DNA of 64,000 bases from the human T2T-CHM13v2.0 reference genome, Homo sapiens, in the NCBI RefSeq assembly GCF_009914755.1, contig NC_060941.1. One strand, 5' to 3'. A program made the translations under genes and the position numbers. The notes below the pieces were generated by a model. The model saw only the letters and a program-made list of their open reading frames with translations, ran no database searches and was not told the DNA's origin. This document shows, piece after piece, positions 11,201 through 25,208 of the stretch. Every line of letters starts with the position of its first letter. Position 1 is the first letter of the stretch.

Positions 11201-14042
11201 CCCCTATCCATTATATTTTTAAAAACAAAACATTAACAAGTAGAAGAATTTTTAAAAAGCTGCCACTCCAGCTAGTGTTCACTACAACTATGACCTAGAG
11301 TTGCCATGATTTTTTCCAGAAAGAATTTCCTTCTTAAAAGCAGAATGGTCAAGGTGTGACTATTTTCCCATTGATGTCCCTTCAGGAGGCCACTTATTTA
11401 CAAAAGCCTCAGGGTGCAAACATTTTCATAATGAATCATACTTGGAGGCTGTAAATATTGAAATTGGGTGTTTGGCTACTTCCCTTTCCCCAATGTCTGG
11501 TTCATCATAGGGTGGAAGAAAAATAGGATAATTAGCAATGTCTAAAAATACCCAGGGGGCAAGCCAGGAGTAACTAGTCAACCTCTAGCTCCTTATCTGA
11601 AATGCCCTAGAATTCTAAATAGCTGCATTTTCAGGAAGTCTACTGACCTAGGTCAGAAAACAGGAACACAAGGGACAATGAAGATTCCAATAGATCAACA
11701 AACCAATGTATGTTAACCAAACCCTGGCTAAGGAGTGCATAAACGATAATTGCACTGAGGTGAGTAGGGAAGGGAGAGAAGAGAGATCAGTATCCAGAGC
11801 AACAACTTACCCCCAAGTGTGAGTACTGCCCCAAAGAAAGGTAAGTATGGAGCAGAGACAGAGCACTGTGGGAAGGATTCGCAGCAGCTGGCTGACCAGT
11901 GCTGGAGAAACACGTCTTCTACTCATGACTGAGAAACAGCCTCCTACTCATGAGGCTCGGCACCTGACCAAGCCCACCTAAAGATTATTTATCAAAACTC
12001 TGTGTCTTCACCTTGGGTAGCTGAAAACGGGACTTATAAGCATGCCTGGCTTGACCAGAAACCAAATCGCACCCAAGGCAACTGATGCCAACCTGAGAAT
12101 GCCAGCTCATAGATACCGAGTCCCTACTGTACGTCAGACATTGGACCTATAATCAGACTTCATTCTCATAAGAACCTTAATGAGCCACATTTTACAGATG
12201 ACCAGAAATGCTCAATAGCTCACCTAGTGTTACAGTCAGTAGCAGATTGACAACTCATACCCAAGCCACTGCTGGACTCCAGAACAGGCATCTGTAACAA
12301 CCTACACTTGGTCATTTCAATAAGATGCCCTTCCCAGCCCCAATCAGCAGTCAAGCTTCCTGATGGTCTTAATGTGGAGATGCCATTTCCTAAGCCCCAC
12401 GCAGTCACCTGACATTGATAAGGCATGAGGGGGAAATTTGTGGAATTTTCTGGGAAGTCCTCCCCAACCACCTAGTACTCACTAGCTATGGGGCTCGCCA
12501 GGTGGTTCCCAAGCCATGCTGAATATCCCCATCTCTCACCTAAGATACCTTGTATGGTAGGGGTGGCGGTATCCCACAGATTGGGCTCATGCTGGTCTAA
12601 CCAAATTCTGCTGCCCTAGGGCTGTAAGACAATGTCTATCCTCCATCTCTCTTCTAGGGACTTAGACAGTGGATGACTCTGCTTCAGCCCTGTTCCTGAC
12701 AGTCTTGGGGGCAGGAGTCAAGCACTCCATGGACCCCACCATGACACAAGTGACATAAGGCTTCAAGAGTCCTAGAAGAGTCCCCCGTCCACCCCCTCCA
12801 AGACTCTTGACATTTCCACTGGTAGCTTTCACTCTTCCTTCTCCCAGATGAAAGTCAGTGGTAGAGCTTTTATGCCTCTTTTTCTTCTTCCATATAATAA
12901 GGTTAAAAAAAAAAAACAGGATGGGGGTAGGGATGGGGAGGGGAGTAGATAACTGCAATATTGAAGGCAAAAGGAACAAATGATTTCATAAGCACCTCAT
13001 ACCCCGCCCCCCATCCCCCACCACCACCACCACACACACTCCATTACCCAGGGCAGGTGAAGGACTAAACTGCTGGAAAGGCAACTTGTAACCAGAGCAG
13101 AAAAGGAAGATGTCAGCCTGTAGAGGCTCAGAAAGGCTTAACAGGCACCTTCAAGGAAATGTGGCTTTAATTCCCTCCAGCCAAGAATCTTCTTCCAAAA
13201 CAGCCCCTCATTCCAAAAGGGGGCCTCTCTTCTTTTATTCAAGCTCTAAAAGTCTGTGATCAGTTTCCTGGCTGCTCAAGCCTGTGGGCTGGAGAGCACC
13301 AGAGTTGTGGTCCCTATACGGTCTCCTTTAATTATAAACATTTTAGTTAACGAGCCTGCTGCCGGGCCCAGCTGTTTCTGGGGAGCATGGTTTTGAAGTG
13401 TGGACTCCACTTAGCTGCCATTTGAGCCGAGCCAATTAGCTTAGCCTTTTGACTCCACCGTGCCCGACCTAACCTGAATGTCATTTTCTGGCGACTTTGA
13501 AATAGCAGACTCATGCACACATGCGTCCACTCGCATCTTCATTTGGCAACCACTCTGAAGGCAGCCTCTGATCACAGCCAACATCAAAAGCCTGGTTTGT
13601 AGGAAAAGGTTAGTATTTGAAGTTCACTCAGATGCATTTCCTGGTGTCCAAAGTAAACCCCCATAAATAAGATATAAAGAAATACAAATAAATAACTCGC
13701 GACATTCCCTGTGTGAAACACCAAAAAATCATCTTGTGCTGATTTGGGGACACTCAGAGCTGAAGCAACATACAAACGTAGCTGATCCTGATTACAAGAG
13801 CAACTCCTAGCAGAAAGAAGAGACAAAGGCCTCCACACCACTGACTTAGCTTTCATGATTCCTGGCAACATCTAACCATGGCTACACTTGGGCGGCAAAG
13901 AGTCTGCTGCTTCTGACATTTTCACCCTCTTTACTCCATCCTTCTAAGCCTGATGCCCTGGAATGGCCCACAAGCCTTCTGCCTCCAGTGCTGCAAGGAT
14001 TTTGGTGGGAGTCCGGCAGTTAACGTTAAAAAAATTTTTTTT

Positions 14043-14298
14043 GGCAGGTTGTGGTGGCTCACGCCTGTAATCCCACCACTTTGGGAGGCCGAGGTGGGTG
14101 GGTCACGAAGTCAAGAGATCGAGACCATCCTGGCCAACATGGTGAAGCCCCGTCTCAACTAAAAATAGAAAAATTAGCTGGGCGTGGTGGTGCACGCCTG
14201 TAGTCCCAGCTACCCAGGAGGCGGAGGTTCCAGTGAGCCAAGATCGCGCCACTGCACTCCAGCCTGGCAACAGAGTGAGACTCTGTCTCAAAAAAAAA
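14043..14298 (+). mobile_element. Alu with a right-arm deletion, intron 3
   Basis: Alu consensus. Confidence 0.93.
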
Positions 14299-17200
14299 TT
14301 AAGCCATTTCTTCCGAGAATGCAGGTTTCAGAGTAACAGGCTCATAAAACAGCCTTCTCAGAGGCCCAAATGCCCAGCCATCTTTAACAGGACTTTTTAC
14401 TTAGCAGGAAAACAGAAGTCAGCAGTAGGCTTTGGGAGAAGGCAATGATTTCTTTAAAGCCCCTGCCTGCTCTGCACACTCAGGCCCCGGCATGTGGCTC
14501 CCTGGAATAACCAACCAAGTGCAGGCCAGCACTGCCCCAACTTCTACCCAGGCCTCTTGCAAAGGCCCCCAGGACTTAATTGGTTCTGTCGCAAATGAGA
14601 CGATTGCTTTCCTGGGTTTGTGTCTAATGAACTCCAACCTTCTGGAGTCTATTGAAGGCTGCCTGTGACCCCCTCTCTCCCTCTCCCCCCCTCCCCAGCC
14701 CTGTTCCCTCCCCAGCTCCCAGCAGGGCAGCCAGCCCCCCTCCCCAGCCCCTCACAGCCCGCACTGGCCATTGTGACGGGAGAAACAGCCAGGGCTCTTT
14801 TCATGCTTTATGGGGCGCTCCTATTCACTTGTTCAAGGAAATTTCAAAGGGGCCTGCTACCCTCTTATCCCCTCTAAGCTTCCCGGGATGAACAATGGGC
14901 TGAAAGCGATTCAGTTCAGCTTTTCATCCCCCACACACTTTATTTCTCGCCCGGCGCTCTCATCTGCACGAGGCCTACAATTGGCAGAGTTCTGAAGAGG
15001 AGGTCTGATCCCAGCCCTGGGAATCCCGGGTGACCGCCCGGTGCTGGGCAGGATCACACACACCCAGGGCCAGTCGGCCAGAGAACACATTGCATCGCCA
15101 AGTCTGCTTGCAGCAGAGTGGGGAGGGCCCCAGAGACCCCCATGCCTGGCACCCAATGGCAGCTTGAGTCAGTGCCAACAAGTCTGGAGACCCTTCTGAT
15201 GTTTTCTAGTGAGCCCCACTAGAGGCAGCATGAGACAATGCCCAAGAGACAGTGACCCCACATGGATGCCAAATGCACTCCTAATTAGTATAAATGCCCA
15301 GGTGGGCACAACTGTGACAGTTAATCTGATAACCTGCGCACTTGATTGGGAGAGGGCACAGAGCCACTCAACACCACCAGGACGAACAGAGCCAACACCA
15401 TGAGCCCACGGGTCTCTAGGCCTTGCAGCACTTCCTCCTGGCTTCCTGGTTTATTCACTATCCATCCAAGGCAGCTTTGCCACAGGATAGGCTTATTAAT
15501 ACTCACAGGTTCTGCCACCAGGAACCCAAAGGTATCTACTGTGCCCCAAAGAGAAAGCCGCTACATGAGGGACTTGACCTGTTCTGTCTCTGTATCCAAG
15601 TGGACCTCACTGAACTACACACTAACCCTTGCCACCTAGAATAGGGACTGGCAAAGGTAACCTTTCTGATCCCTGAAAAGTGGCTCCCCCATGCTTGGAA
15701 TCCAAAGTGCTTCAGCTAAAGGGGGAAGGGTGAAAGCTTTAAAGTCACCTCTAAATAAAAGAAAGTTTTTCTTCTGGGAAGGGGATAAAAGAAGAGGAAG
15801 TAAATGGGGAGGCTGCAGGGGAGAACTTAGAACCTGCTCCCTTCTACCCCTCCCAGAACCAGTCTTTCTAAAAAGCAGTCTTGATTACTAAGAAATATAA
15901 ATAAAAGAAACCCAAAGTGGCTCAAAGGTCTCATGACCAACCGGTCCTATTCACAGATCTCATGTTGAGAACGCTCATGCCTGGGGGAAGGGCAAAGCGG
16001 GCAAAGTACAGGGCCTGTGTCTGGCCTGGACCTGAAGTCTGTCTCAGAGGTGCATGGCTGTGGAAGCACCAGGCCTTATTTCCTCATCTGTAAAGTCCCA
16101 AGTATCTGCCTGCCTGCCTTCCTGATTGGGTCTTGGGAGGATCAAACAGAAATAAGTATGGGACTACACCCAAGTTATCTCATCATGAACCCAGAATAAC
16201 ACCTCAATGATGGGGACTGACATGCAGCCAAGGACCAGGAAGCAAGCCAAAAATAGTCTCTAAGAAAACTAAACAGAAGTCTTATCGTCTGACGTAAACT
16301 GCATTTGACTTAGGAGATTCACTCAATGCCTTCAATCAATTTCAACTTACTCTTATTTTACACATAATGCTAAGATTCCCACACAATCCACAAAGTAATA
16401 TATGCTACAGGAGGAATGCTTGCTAGAAGCAAGCACACAGACAGCAAAACACAACAGCAGGGAGAATGAAAAGAGAAAAGAGAAACTTTTCAAAGGGGAA
16501 AGGGTCAGATAACCCTATGCACCCTCATTGCCTATGAGAGAAATACCACAACAAAGTACACAAACAGATCTTGATATTATTTGGATAACTGAGAGATAAA
16601 TTATGCCCTGTCTAATACTATGCAATAATGACAGAGCAAAATGTATTCTAAGAAATATGTCCACCAAAAAATTATCAAAGCACAATTTTTTCAAGTATGG
16701 ATACCGAAATTTCAGTCAATATGGAAAACTCACTTCTGTGAAACTTCTCATATCTCCATATTGGATGAAAGATGTGTACTTTCCTGTTTCCATATTGGAT
16801 GAAAGACGTGTACTAATGCCAAAATGCTATTTTTATTAAAATTCAAACTTTCACCTTGAGGATATCTCTCCCTGTACTAACAAGGGAATTTGAGGTAACA
16901 CAATAAAAGCCACCAGCAAAATAAATAGTAGGTTCCCAAACTCACCTCATCAACTTTCCCTCCAACTGGTCCCATGCCACAGGCCAGGCAACAGGACATT
17001 GGCCAGTAAAAACCAGATAGTTTCAAACAAACTGGAATAATAGATGGTCCAGTTTTAGGAAGCTAAAAGGAACAAACTCTAAATAAGTGTGCCAGAACTT
17101 ACACGGTTCAATGGGTTTGCCTTTCAAAATTGTTCCTTTAGCAGGCGAAATTCTGACTCCAAAACATTGAAAAGCTTTCAAGACCATTTCTGGAACAATG

Positions 17201-18154
17201 AATCTCAACCGGGTGTTGGGTGAGAAGCCTTTGGGGAATTTTACCCATCCCCTATCCCCAGGCTCCACTCTGGGTCTCCTGAACCAAAACCTCAAAGGAC
17301 AGCCGGAGACAGGGATACCCAGGCCACAGCTACACATCCCTCCTCATGAGACTCACTGAGGATCACTGCTGTCCATCCACAGAGATTGCCATGACTTGAC
17401 TTCAAATGACCTAAAATTCAAAATGTTACCTTGACTAAGGGCCTTCTGACCTCATCGGACCACGCCAATGTCTTGGGTTACTTTCAAAAATCAAAGGCTG
17501 TCTGCCAAAGATCCAGATCAGACACTACTTTGGAGAGAGCCCCTACTTAGGGTCCTCAGTATCTAACACAGAGTATCTAACACTCCACCCACACTTACTG
17601 AATAAACGATGTCCATTTAAAAACAAAACAATGCGGAACATTACACACTGTGGCTCTTTAGAGATTTCTGGCTTTCTCACCCCCACTTGCAATGCCTTTT
17701 CCTCCAAAAACAATGAATACCTAAACACAGACCCTTCTAATGCCACCTTGTCTCCCAGCTGTTGGTTCTGCAGACAGGATACCTGGGTTTCTGGACCAGC
17801 CAAGCAACTGTTCCCACAGGGACAACCAGATGATGACAACCAGAAGAAGGTTTTTTAAACTCAAGGAATCTATAAATATTCATTCATCCTAATCTTCTAC
17901 TGTCCTTTAGTTTTTCTTCTGTTACAATATCCTCCCAACTTTCAAAGCTCTAAGCTTTACCCTACCCAGATGACCATGTCATCCTCCTTAATCAGCACCA
18001 TACCCTTGTCATACTCCCCTCCCACCAAACTGATGTCCATACATGCACAGGTGCGGTCTGCAAAGCCAGCTGAGGATGACAGACGATTCTGGCTAAGTGC
18101 TCAGGTGGCATCCACTCCCAAGCAAGCCCACGGAAGGGTGGCCAGGATACTCAC

Positions 18155-18295
18155 ACACTGCTGTCCGTCATGGACATGGAATCATCCGTCAGCGCATCAC
18201 TGGATATCTCACTGTCGTTGGCGCTGGTGGCTGGTGCAAAGACATAGCCAGAACCTATGTGATAAGGATTAACAGGATCGCTCCTCTTGAAGGAC
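18155..18295 (-). CDS. AXIN2: AXIN2 exon 3 (141 nt)
   Basis: [46 protein letters not shown]; acceptor CATAG|, donor |GTGAGT. Confidence 0.96.
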
Positions 18296-19816
18296 CTATG
18301 GGCAAAGTACAAAAGTGGTTCAGTCACTGACCCTCACCAGAAACCCAGGTAATCAGGTGACCCCAGGACAACCCAGCACACTATCCCACAATCTGCTCAA
18401 CGCCAACCTGCTGCCCAGGTCCAGTTGCTCACCTGGGCAGAAAGCAGGGGCCACAAAAGGGAGGCCTCCTGAGCCACCGGTTCACCCTGGGGAAAGCAAG
18501 CTGGTTCCTCTGCCCCCAGTGGTGGGTCTGCCAGGGCAGAGAGTATTCCAGAGGCAGCCCAGGGGATCCTGTGAAGCTCTAAATGCACTTAGAGGAAGGA
18601 ACTGGACTCTGCTTTAGGAGAGGAGGCCATGGAATAGAAGAGGGGAACGAGTCAGTGAAGATGAAATATCTTTCTCTGCTCCACCTCCCTATCCAATCCT
18701 GCACCAAAGAATACAATTTCAGGGCCCCAAGACATCTTAAGTACCTAAACTCCTTGTCTGGGGTCTGTTAGCCCAGTCCAGAGATGCAAACAGCTAGAGG
18801 CCAGTGTGGCCTTCTCACTTTGACCCTGGGCCCACAGTGAGCTGGACAGACGGGACAGAAAAGTTCAAGACAACGTTCAGGACTCCAATCCCACCTGTGA
18901 GCTCTGCCATGAGCCGTTGCCATGCCCCTTCCCCCAACCCCCAGCTTCCTCTCCCCAGGACTGGCTAGTGCAGCAGGATTGAAATGAGCAACACAGCTGT
19001 TTCAAAGGAAGGCCCAGGCCCCTCCTCCGGTATCTCCAGCCCTTTTGTTTCAATGGCCTCTGGCTCCTAATTTCACCCTCCTGATCTCCTTCCAGAACAA
19101 CCAGTGTGCACATCTCCTGCTGGGCCGCATTCCTCTTGTGTCACCAGTGAGGGGCTTAAGTAGCGGGGAGGGGCAGATAGGTCGGCAGGCTGCACGTTAA
19201 GGCCTGAAGTCGCAGGAGGCCTATTTACAAAGACCCTGGCATCCTCCACTGGTCCCACCAAGTCTATGCCAGCAGCAAAGAAATCAAGTGAGGGAGAAAA
19301 GAAAGGCTCAGAAAAGAGAATATATTCTATTAGTCCACAGCAGCTGGTCTGTAAAGATGGCCGTGGGGTTGGCAAATGAAAAGGACCCAGAAAGGTGACA
19401 GTCAGCTGTCTGCACATGTTCACCAAGCTCCTACTCACTTGCTACATGCTGAACTCTGGTCTTCCAGCACCCATGGCCTGGTGGGGGCATGTCACCATAC
19501 TGTGGGGGTGTCATGAGGGAGGTACGCTCAGTGTTATCACAGGCTCACGAGGAGGGGAGAAGGAGCACTGGACTGTGCCCATTCTACAGATGAGGCCCTT
19601 GGAGTCCAGAATTCCAGCAGCCTGCCCAGATCACACAGCTGGAACTGGTGGGCATGGATTGAGTCACGTGGCTCTCAATCAAACTGCCTCCCAATACAAA
19701 GACTAGACTCAACATGTTTCCAAGTTCTCACAGAATAAAAAGCAGGAAAGGAGTGCCTTAGTACAGGTAACCCAGATGACGGATAGAACATTTCTAGGAG
19801 GGACAGTTGGGGACGG

Positions 19817-19891
19817 CTCCCTGGGACAGATGGGACTGATGGGACTAATGGGACTAACGGGACTCCCTGGGACAGATGGCAGATGGGACTC
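19817..19891 (+). repeat. Short 9-bp tandem repeat (ATGGGACTR) flanked by duplicated ctccctgggacagatgg
   Basis: Seen directly. Confidence 0.8.
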
Positions 19892-21371
19892 ATGGTTGAG
19901 CAGGAATTTGAGGAGATGACAACCCAGGACTAGGTAAAGGGAAAGGTAGCGAAAAGCTCTCCCTAGACTAGGGAGAGAGAGGGGTCTAATTAGCCAGGCT
20001 AAGAAGGCCTGGCAAGGGACGTAGGTCTTCAGTGCAAGGTCATAGTCCTGTCTTAACTGGATGGGGAGGGGCCAGGAGGCCAGGGGACAGCAGGGGTGCC
20101 AGGGGACCGGCAGGGAGAAAGCATTCCCATCAGCACATAGGATCCAAGGTCTGTCACCAGACTGGATGGAAAGGAGGGGTAGGTACAGGCAGGGAGCCCT
20201 GGGGGAAGCCACCGCCACAATTTGGTGTGAGGGTCTGTCTCAACAGGGGATGGTGGGATGGAAAAGAAGGTAGGAGAGGCAGTCTCTGCCTTTAAGGAGT
20301 TTGCGCTTGTTGGAGTCACCAAACACACACAAAAAGTTACAGGGCCATAAACTTTTTAAGCCAGAAGGGACCCCTGTAATCATCACAACCACCCAAGGAG
20401 GTAACTTAGCACCATGTGGGCCAAAGGCCTTGTCAGACTTGGCCAGAGGAGCCGGACCACAGCTGTGCCCTGGATCCTGTCCGACTGCATCAAGTCAGAT
20501 CTTAGAAATATGCTGTAGGCATAGAACTGACCAGAAGGTGCAGACCAGGAGCACTGCACATGAACCCCTCAACACTTTTGACCAAGTGACTTGTGACCGT
20601 CACTTGGACACTCTGACCCTGTTCTCATATCTGTAGAGGGCAAGAAGTCTCACGACCTCCTGGGATTTTTTGGTGAAAATTAAATGAGAACGGTAAGATC
20701 TTCCAGGCCTTCCTCCTGGTCCATGTGTCCTCAATCCGGAATTCCCCAACACCAAGGGCAGAGAGGAGTGGTGAGAGTAAAAAGAACAGTTCATTCTTCT
20801 GGAGAAGAGAAGGTTGATTCAGTGAAAAAGGCCTCGTAGTTGAGAAGGGGGACTCTCTGTTCAGCATCCCCACTAAAGGAAGAACAAGGGGAAATAGACT
20901 TCAAAAGTTAGAGAGAAAAAAATACTTCTAAATGGTCAGAGGAAATCCATAAAGTAGGTGGGGACAGGCTGTGAAATCACCCAAGTCTTTAAAACAGGCC
21001 AAAGTGCCCAGCCATCTGGGTGCGTAAGTAAGGCGTGGATACTGCCTTGAAGCAGGATGCACACGATGACTTCCTTGGGGCCTTTTCCTGTTGTTAGGAA
21101 TCCAGTGATGAGGCCACATTCTGTAAACTCTCAGTAGGGACCAGAAGTCAGAGGCTGGGCACTGCTGCCGGCTTGGCTGCAGTGCTCGCTGCTGGGCTGA
21201 GTCACAACCCCTCCAGAGGTGGGCACCCACCTGAAGAGCAGGCAGTTGGATCATGGCCTCTGCACCAAGTTCTGAGGTCCTCCAAATGAACCAACAAAGG
21301 CACAGTAATTTGGGGGAAATCACAGGAAAATTCCAAGAAAAAACCGAGTGCCAACAAAAACAGAGAGCCCC

Positions 21372-21680
<309 letters not shown>

Positions 21681-22850
21681 CCAGAGAGCTCCCATTTTCT
21701 CAACTGCCCTAATTTCCTTCATCATCTTTATCATGATCTATAATGACTGGACACTGGTGTTTCCATGCTGAACACCTGTCCTGTGAAACCAGACTGTAAG
21801 CTCCATGAGGGACAGCCCTGTCCTCACACGAATCTCCGACGCTGAAAGTAGTGAGTGGCACGTGGCAGTGACTGAAAACCTTGCTGACTCTCCTTAAAGG
21901 ACCTAAGACCATTAGATGGGTCACTGGAAAAGTTTTTTAGTTTAACAGGCATGGTGCAACACCAAAAAAGCCAAAACAGCCTTAAATAGCATTCCAACAC
22001 TCTTTCTTCCATGCCTTCAGTCCTGCTATCTTGGTGGTATTAACACATCAACCATGTCTCCACTGTAAGAGCTATACTTCAACCTCTGTGGGGAGAAAAT
22101 GACTCAATAGAAAATTCCTTCCTCCCAGCAAAAAAGACACCTAACTCAAACCCTATGTGTGCTCACACGGCTTTGCACTCGTTGTTTAACACATGGATCC
22201 CAAAATAAACTTGTCTCCCTTCACTTCCAACATAGAGGACTACTGTGTGACCAGTAATTAAAAATGGAATATACTGCTCTTAACTCAGTTGACTGCAATA
22301 AAGTACTTGGATTTTCCCACAATCATAACAAGACAGGGCAGAGAAAGGAGGCAGGGTTGTGGGGAGAGGCAGAGACTCGGTATTTCAGAACCCAGACCTT
22401 TGTCAAAAGTGCCACATAATTTTAAGAAAACTGAGTGGGGCTGTTTTCTTGTGATTACTTAAAAAAAAAGGCGGGGGGGGGGGGAAGAAACTCAAACCAC
22501 GCTACAGTAATTGTACCCAGATGCTTTATTTCCTCAGGACTGTTGTGCTTCCAGTTGCTGCAAGGATTTTAAATTCCTACACAGAGTAGAGGCCTATGCT
22601 GCAGCTTCTGCATCAGCCTCACATCCACAGACCTGGTTTGCAACCTCAGTAAGCAAAGGGTTTTCAGCCTGCAGGTGGCAGAGACCCCCGGAACCTTCAG
22701 GGAAAGGAGGTGCCGGCTGCTTTCTGTTTTCCCCTATCCTGTTCTTATCTCCTCTTAATGAGATGCTGTGGCCCTGCCCCTCCCCATAAACCAGAGGGGA
22801 GCCTCCAGGCAGGGAGCACAGAACTGACCTGACAGAACTGACCATAGGGG

Positions 22851-22894
22851 TCCTCCTCCTTCTCCTCCTCTTCCTCTTCCTCCTCCTCCTCCTC
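22851..22894 (+). repeat. (CCT)n-type pyrimidine tract
   Basis: Seen directly. Confidence 0.85.
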
Positions 22895-25194
22895 ACGTTC
22901 CCTTCTCAAAACAATGCAACTTCAAAAGTATATGCTTCTAAGTCTGTGCGTTCAGGGCTTTCCAAGAGCCCTCTGAAAATTTACTCACAAGGTCACTGCC
23001 CAAAAGGCAATACCCTCTTCAACAAGCATTTTCTAAGGCAAGATCAAGGGACACTCGGCAAGGGGCCAGGACTCCAACAGCACTGGGCAACGGGACCTTT
23101 TGAAAACAGGCAAACTTTTACAAGTGGATCTTAGCAAACTGCCCTCACCAGAGCTTCCATCCTCTAATTGTGGACTACTGCTTCCAGCATATCTTTCCTA
23201 TGGCATCATTTTCTTTGATAATTGAAGCCAAGCTTGATTCCAATGGCTCCGCACAAAAACGGGCCTCATCAGCGAGTTCTTTCAGAGAACTGGAAGCAGC
23301 ACTCGGAGCCAGCAGAGGGCCATCTGCTGGGCCCGACTTCTTTTAAGGGAGGCCAGAGCAGAGGGCCCAATGGGAGGCAGATGAGCCCCACCTTGGGCAG
23401 GACACACAAGGGCCCGTGCAGAAAGGCGAGGACACAGGGAGGGCTCTGTGCACCCAGCACCTTATTCTCCTCCCCAAAATAAATGCTGGGCCCAGTGCCC
23501 AATCCCACAACCCCCCTTCGCACACACCTCGACACTGTGCGTGTGTGTGTCTGTGTGCCGGGGATTTTACACGTGCTCCTACCAACAAGTTGCTTTTGCT
23601 CTAGGTTATTTATAGCCATTGTCAAAAGCCCAGGCATCCCCCTCAACCACTCAGACCAGAGTCCTGCCCTCTGAGGATAATTCCTGCTCTTCCGCCCCAA
23701 CTATTTATATTAAACCTGACACCAAATCAGTAAGGACACAAACAAGTCGTTAAAAACGAGGCTCCTTTGAGTGCCCGAGGTAAACACAGGGCTTGCAAGC
23801 CTGGCCAGTGCCCCAGGCATCCGGCTGCCAAGACCGCTCCTCAGCAGCTGATGAAGAAAGACCATCCTCAGCAGGACTGACGTTTCTGTTACATTCATTT
23901 TACTAACTTATTAAGCCCATCCCAGATGCCAGGTACTCTGCAGAATGAGTGAGTGTGCGGGAGAGGGAAGGGGGGAACTTAAACCTTAGATGGGATCTCT
24001 ACATTCCAAGAACTAGCTGGAAAAACAGACTTCAGTTCAATAAGAAAGTTGAGGCATGGGGGTCAGGGGGCCACTCTAAAACCTTACAATGGAAAATGGG
24101 CTAAGCCAAGAGTCACCCTTTAAAAGTGACATCCCAACCTGGTTGTCCTATTTACATCATCATTACTAATTATACTAATTATAACACTTTGCGGCGGTTC
24201 AAAACGTTTCTCTCTACAAAAGGCTTTCATGTTTATTATTTTGGTCCTAATAACAATCCTATGACACAGACAGAAGGAATGGTGCCCACCCATTTTACAG
24301 ATGGGCACATGCCATTCAGAAAGGCTTCAACACCCAAGCAGTAAGTGGTGGACCGGGCTGGAATGCAAGCCTTTGAATAAGGAGTCAGCAGACCTTTCCA
24401 TACACTGTGCACACACTCGAATATCTTGCACGTTAAAATGATGTGAGATCATCTGGCTATGTCTTAAATTCTCTTTAAATATGCCCAGTTAAGACATATG
24501 AGCTTCAGAGAGTCCTTTAAGATGCTTCATCTCAACCCAACAGTGGGAGAAGGCACACGTGAATCTCGTATGGAAACTCTCAGGTCAATGACAAGCTGTC
24601 ACCTCTTTATCAGTGATGTCCACGGTTCACAGCCAAGAAGGCAGCCCTGGAAAACAGGAGCTTCTGTCCCTGCCTTCTGGATCTCAAAAGCTTCATGAGT
24701 TGCATCCTGGTAATATCCCAGATGAGGCAAGCCCAGGCTGGGTCGCAACTGCCCACCCACAAAGGGGAGGGTTCACAGCAGAGCCCTGCCTGGGGAGGGC
24801 GTCCAAAACCACACACTGTGCTATTTACGAAGGTGACACTCTGGTCCCGGCAGTGGGAGACACAGAAGCCCCAGTCAGGAGGCCCCTGGAGAAGCAGCCT
24901 TTACCACGGCTCTTAAGTAGTCTCAGCTCTGGCTGCCAGGCTAGAGGGCAAGGAGGCCAGCGCCAGAGGCTTACCCAAATGGTCTCATAATGGGGCGGGC
25001 AGGCGTAGCAGGTGCCCGGCGACTGACCTACTGCAGAGGCCAGACCCAGGATCTTCCTCCCAGACAACTTGACTCCACAAGCATAAAGACACTGAAACAC
25101 CTCCCTGGAACCTGTGTTTCCTTGCAAAAGTCAACCTGGTTCCACTTAGGTGTAGACCAGATGTCTGAGTAAAACTGGTTCCCAAGCCACAAGC

Positions 25195-25208
25195 GCGCCC
25201 CCTGGTGG
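25195..25208 (-). promoter_or_regulatory. Candidate CTCF site in intron 2
   Basis: CCACCAGGGGGCGC, exact CTCF core consensus. Confidence 0.7.

Noticed and set aside
15216-15229. CTCF-like CCACTAGAGGCAGC
   Set aside because: Lacks a strongly preferred G in the core; weak match.
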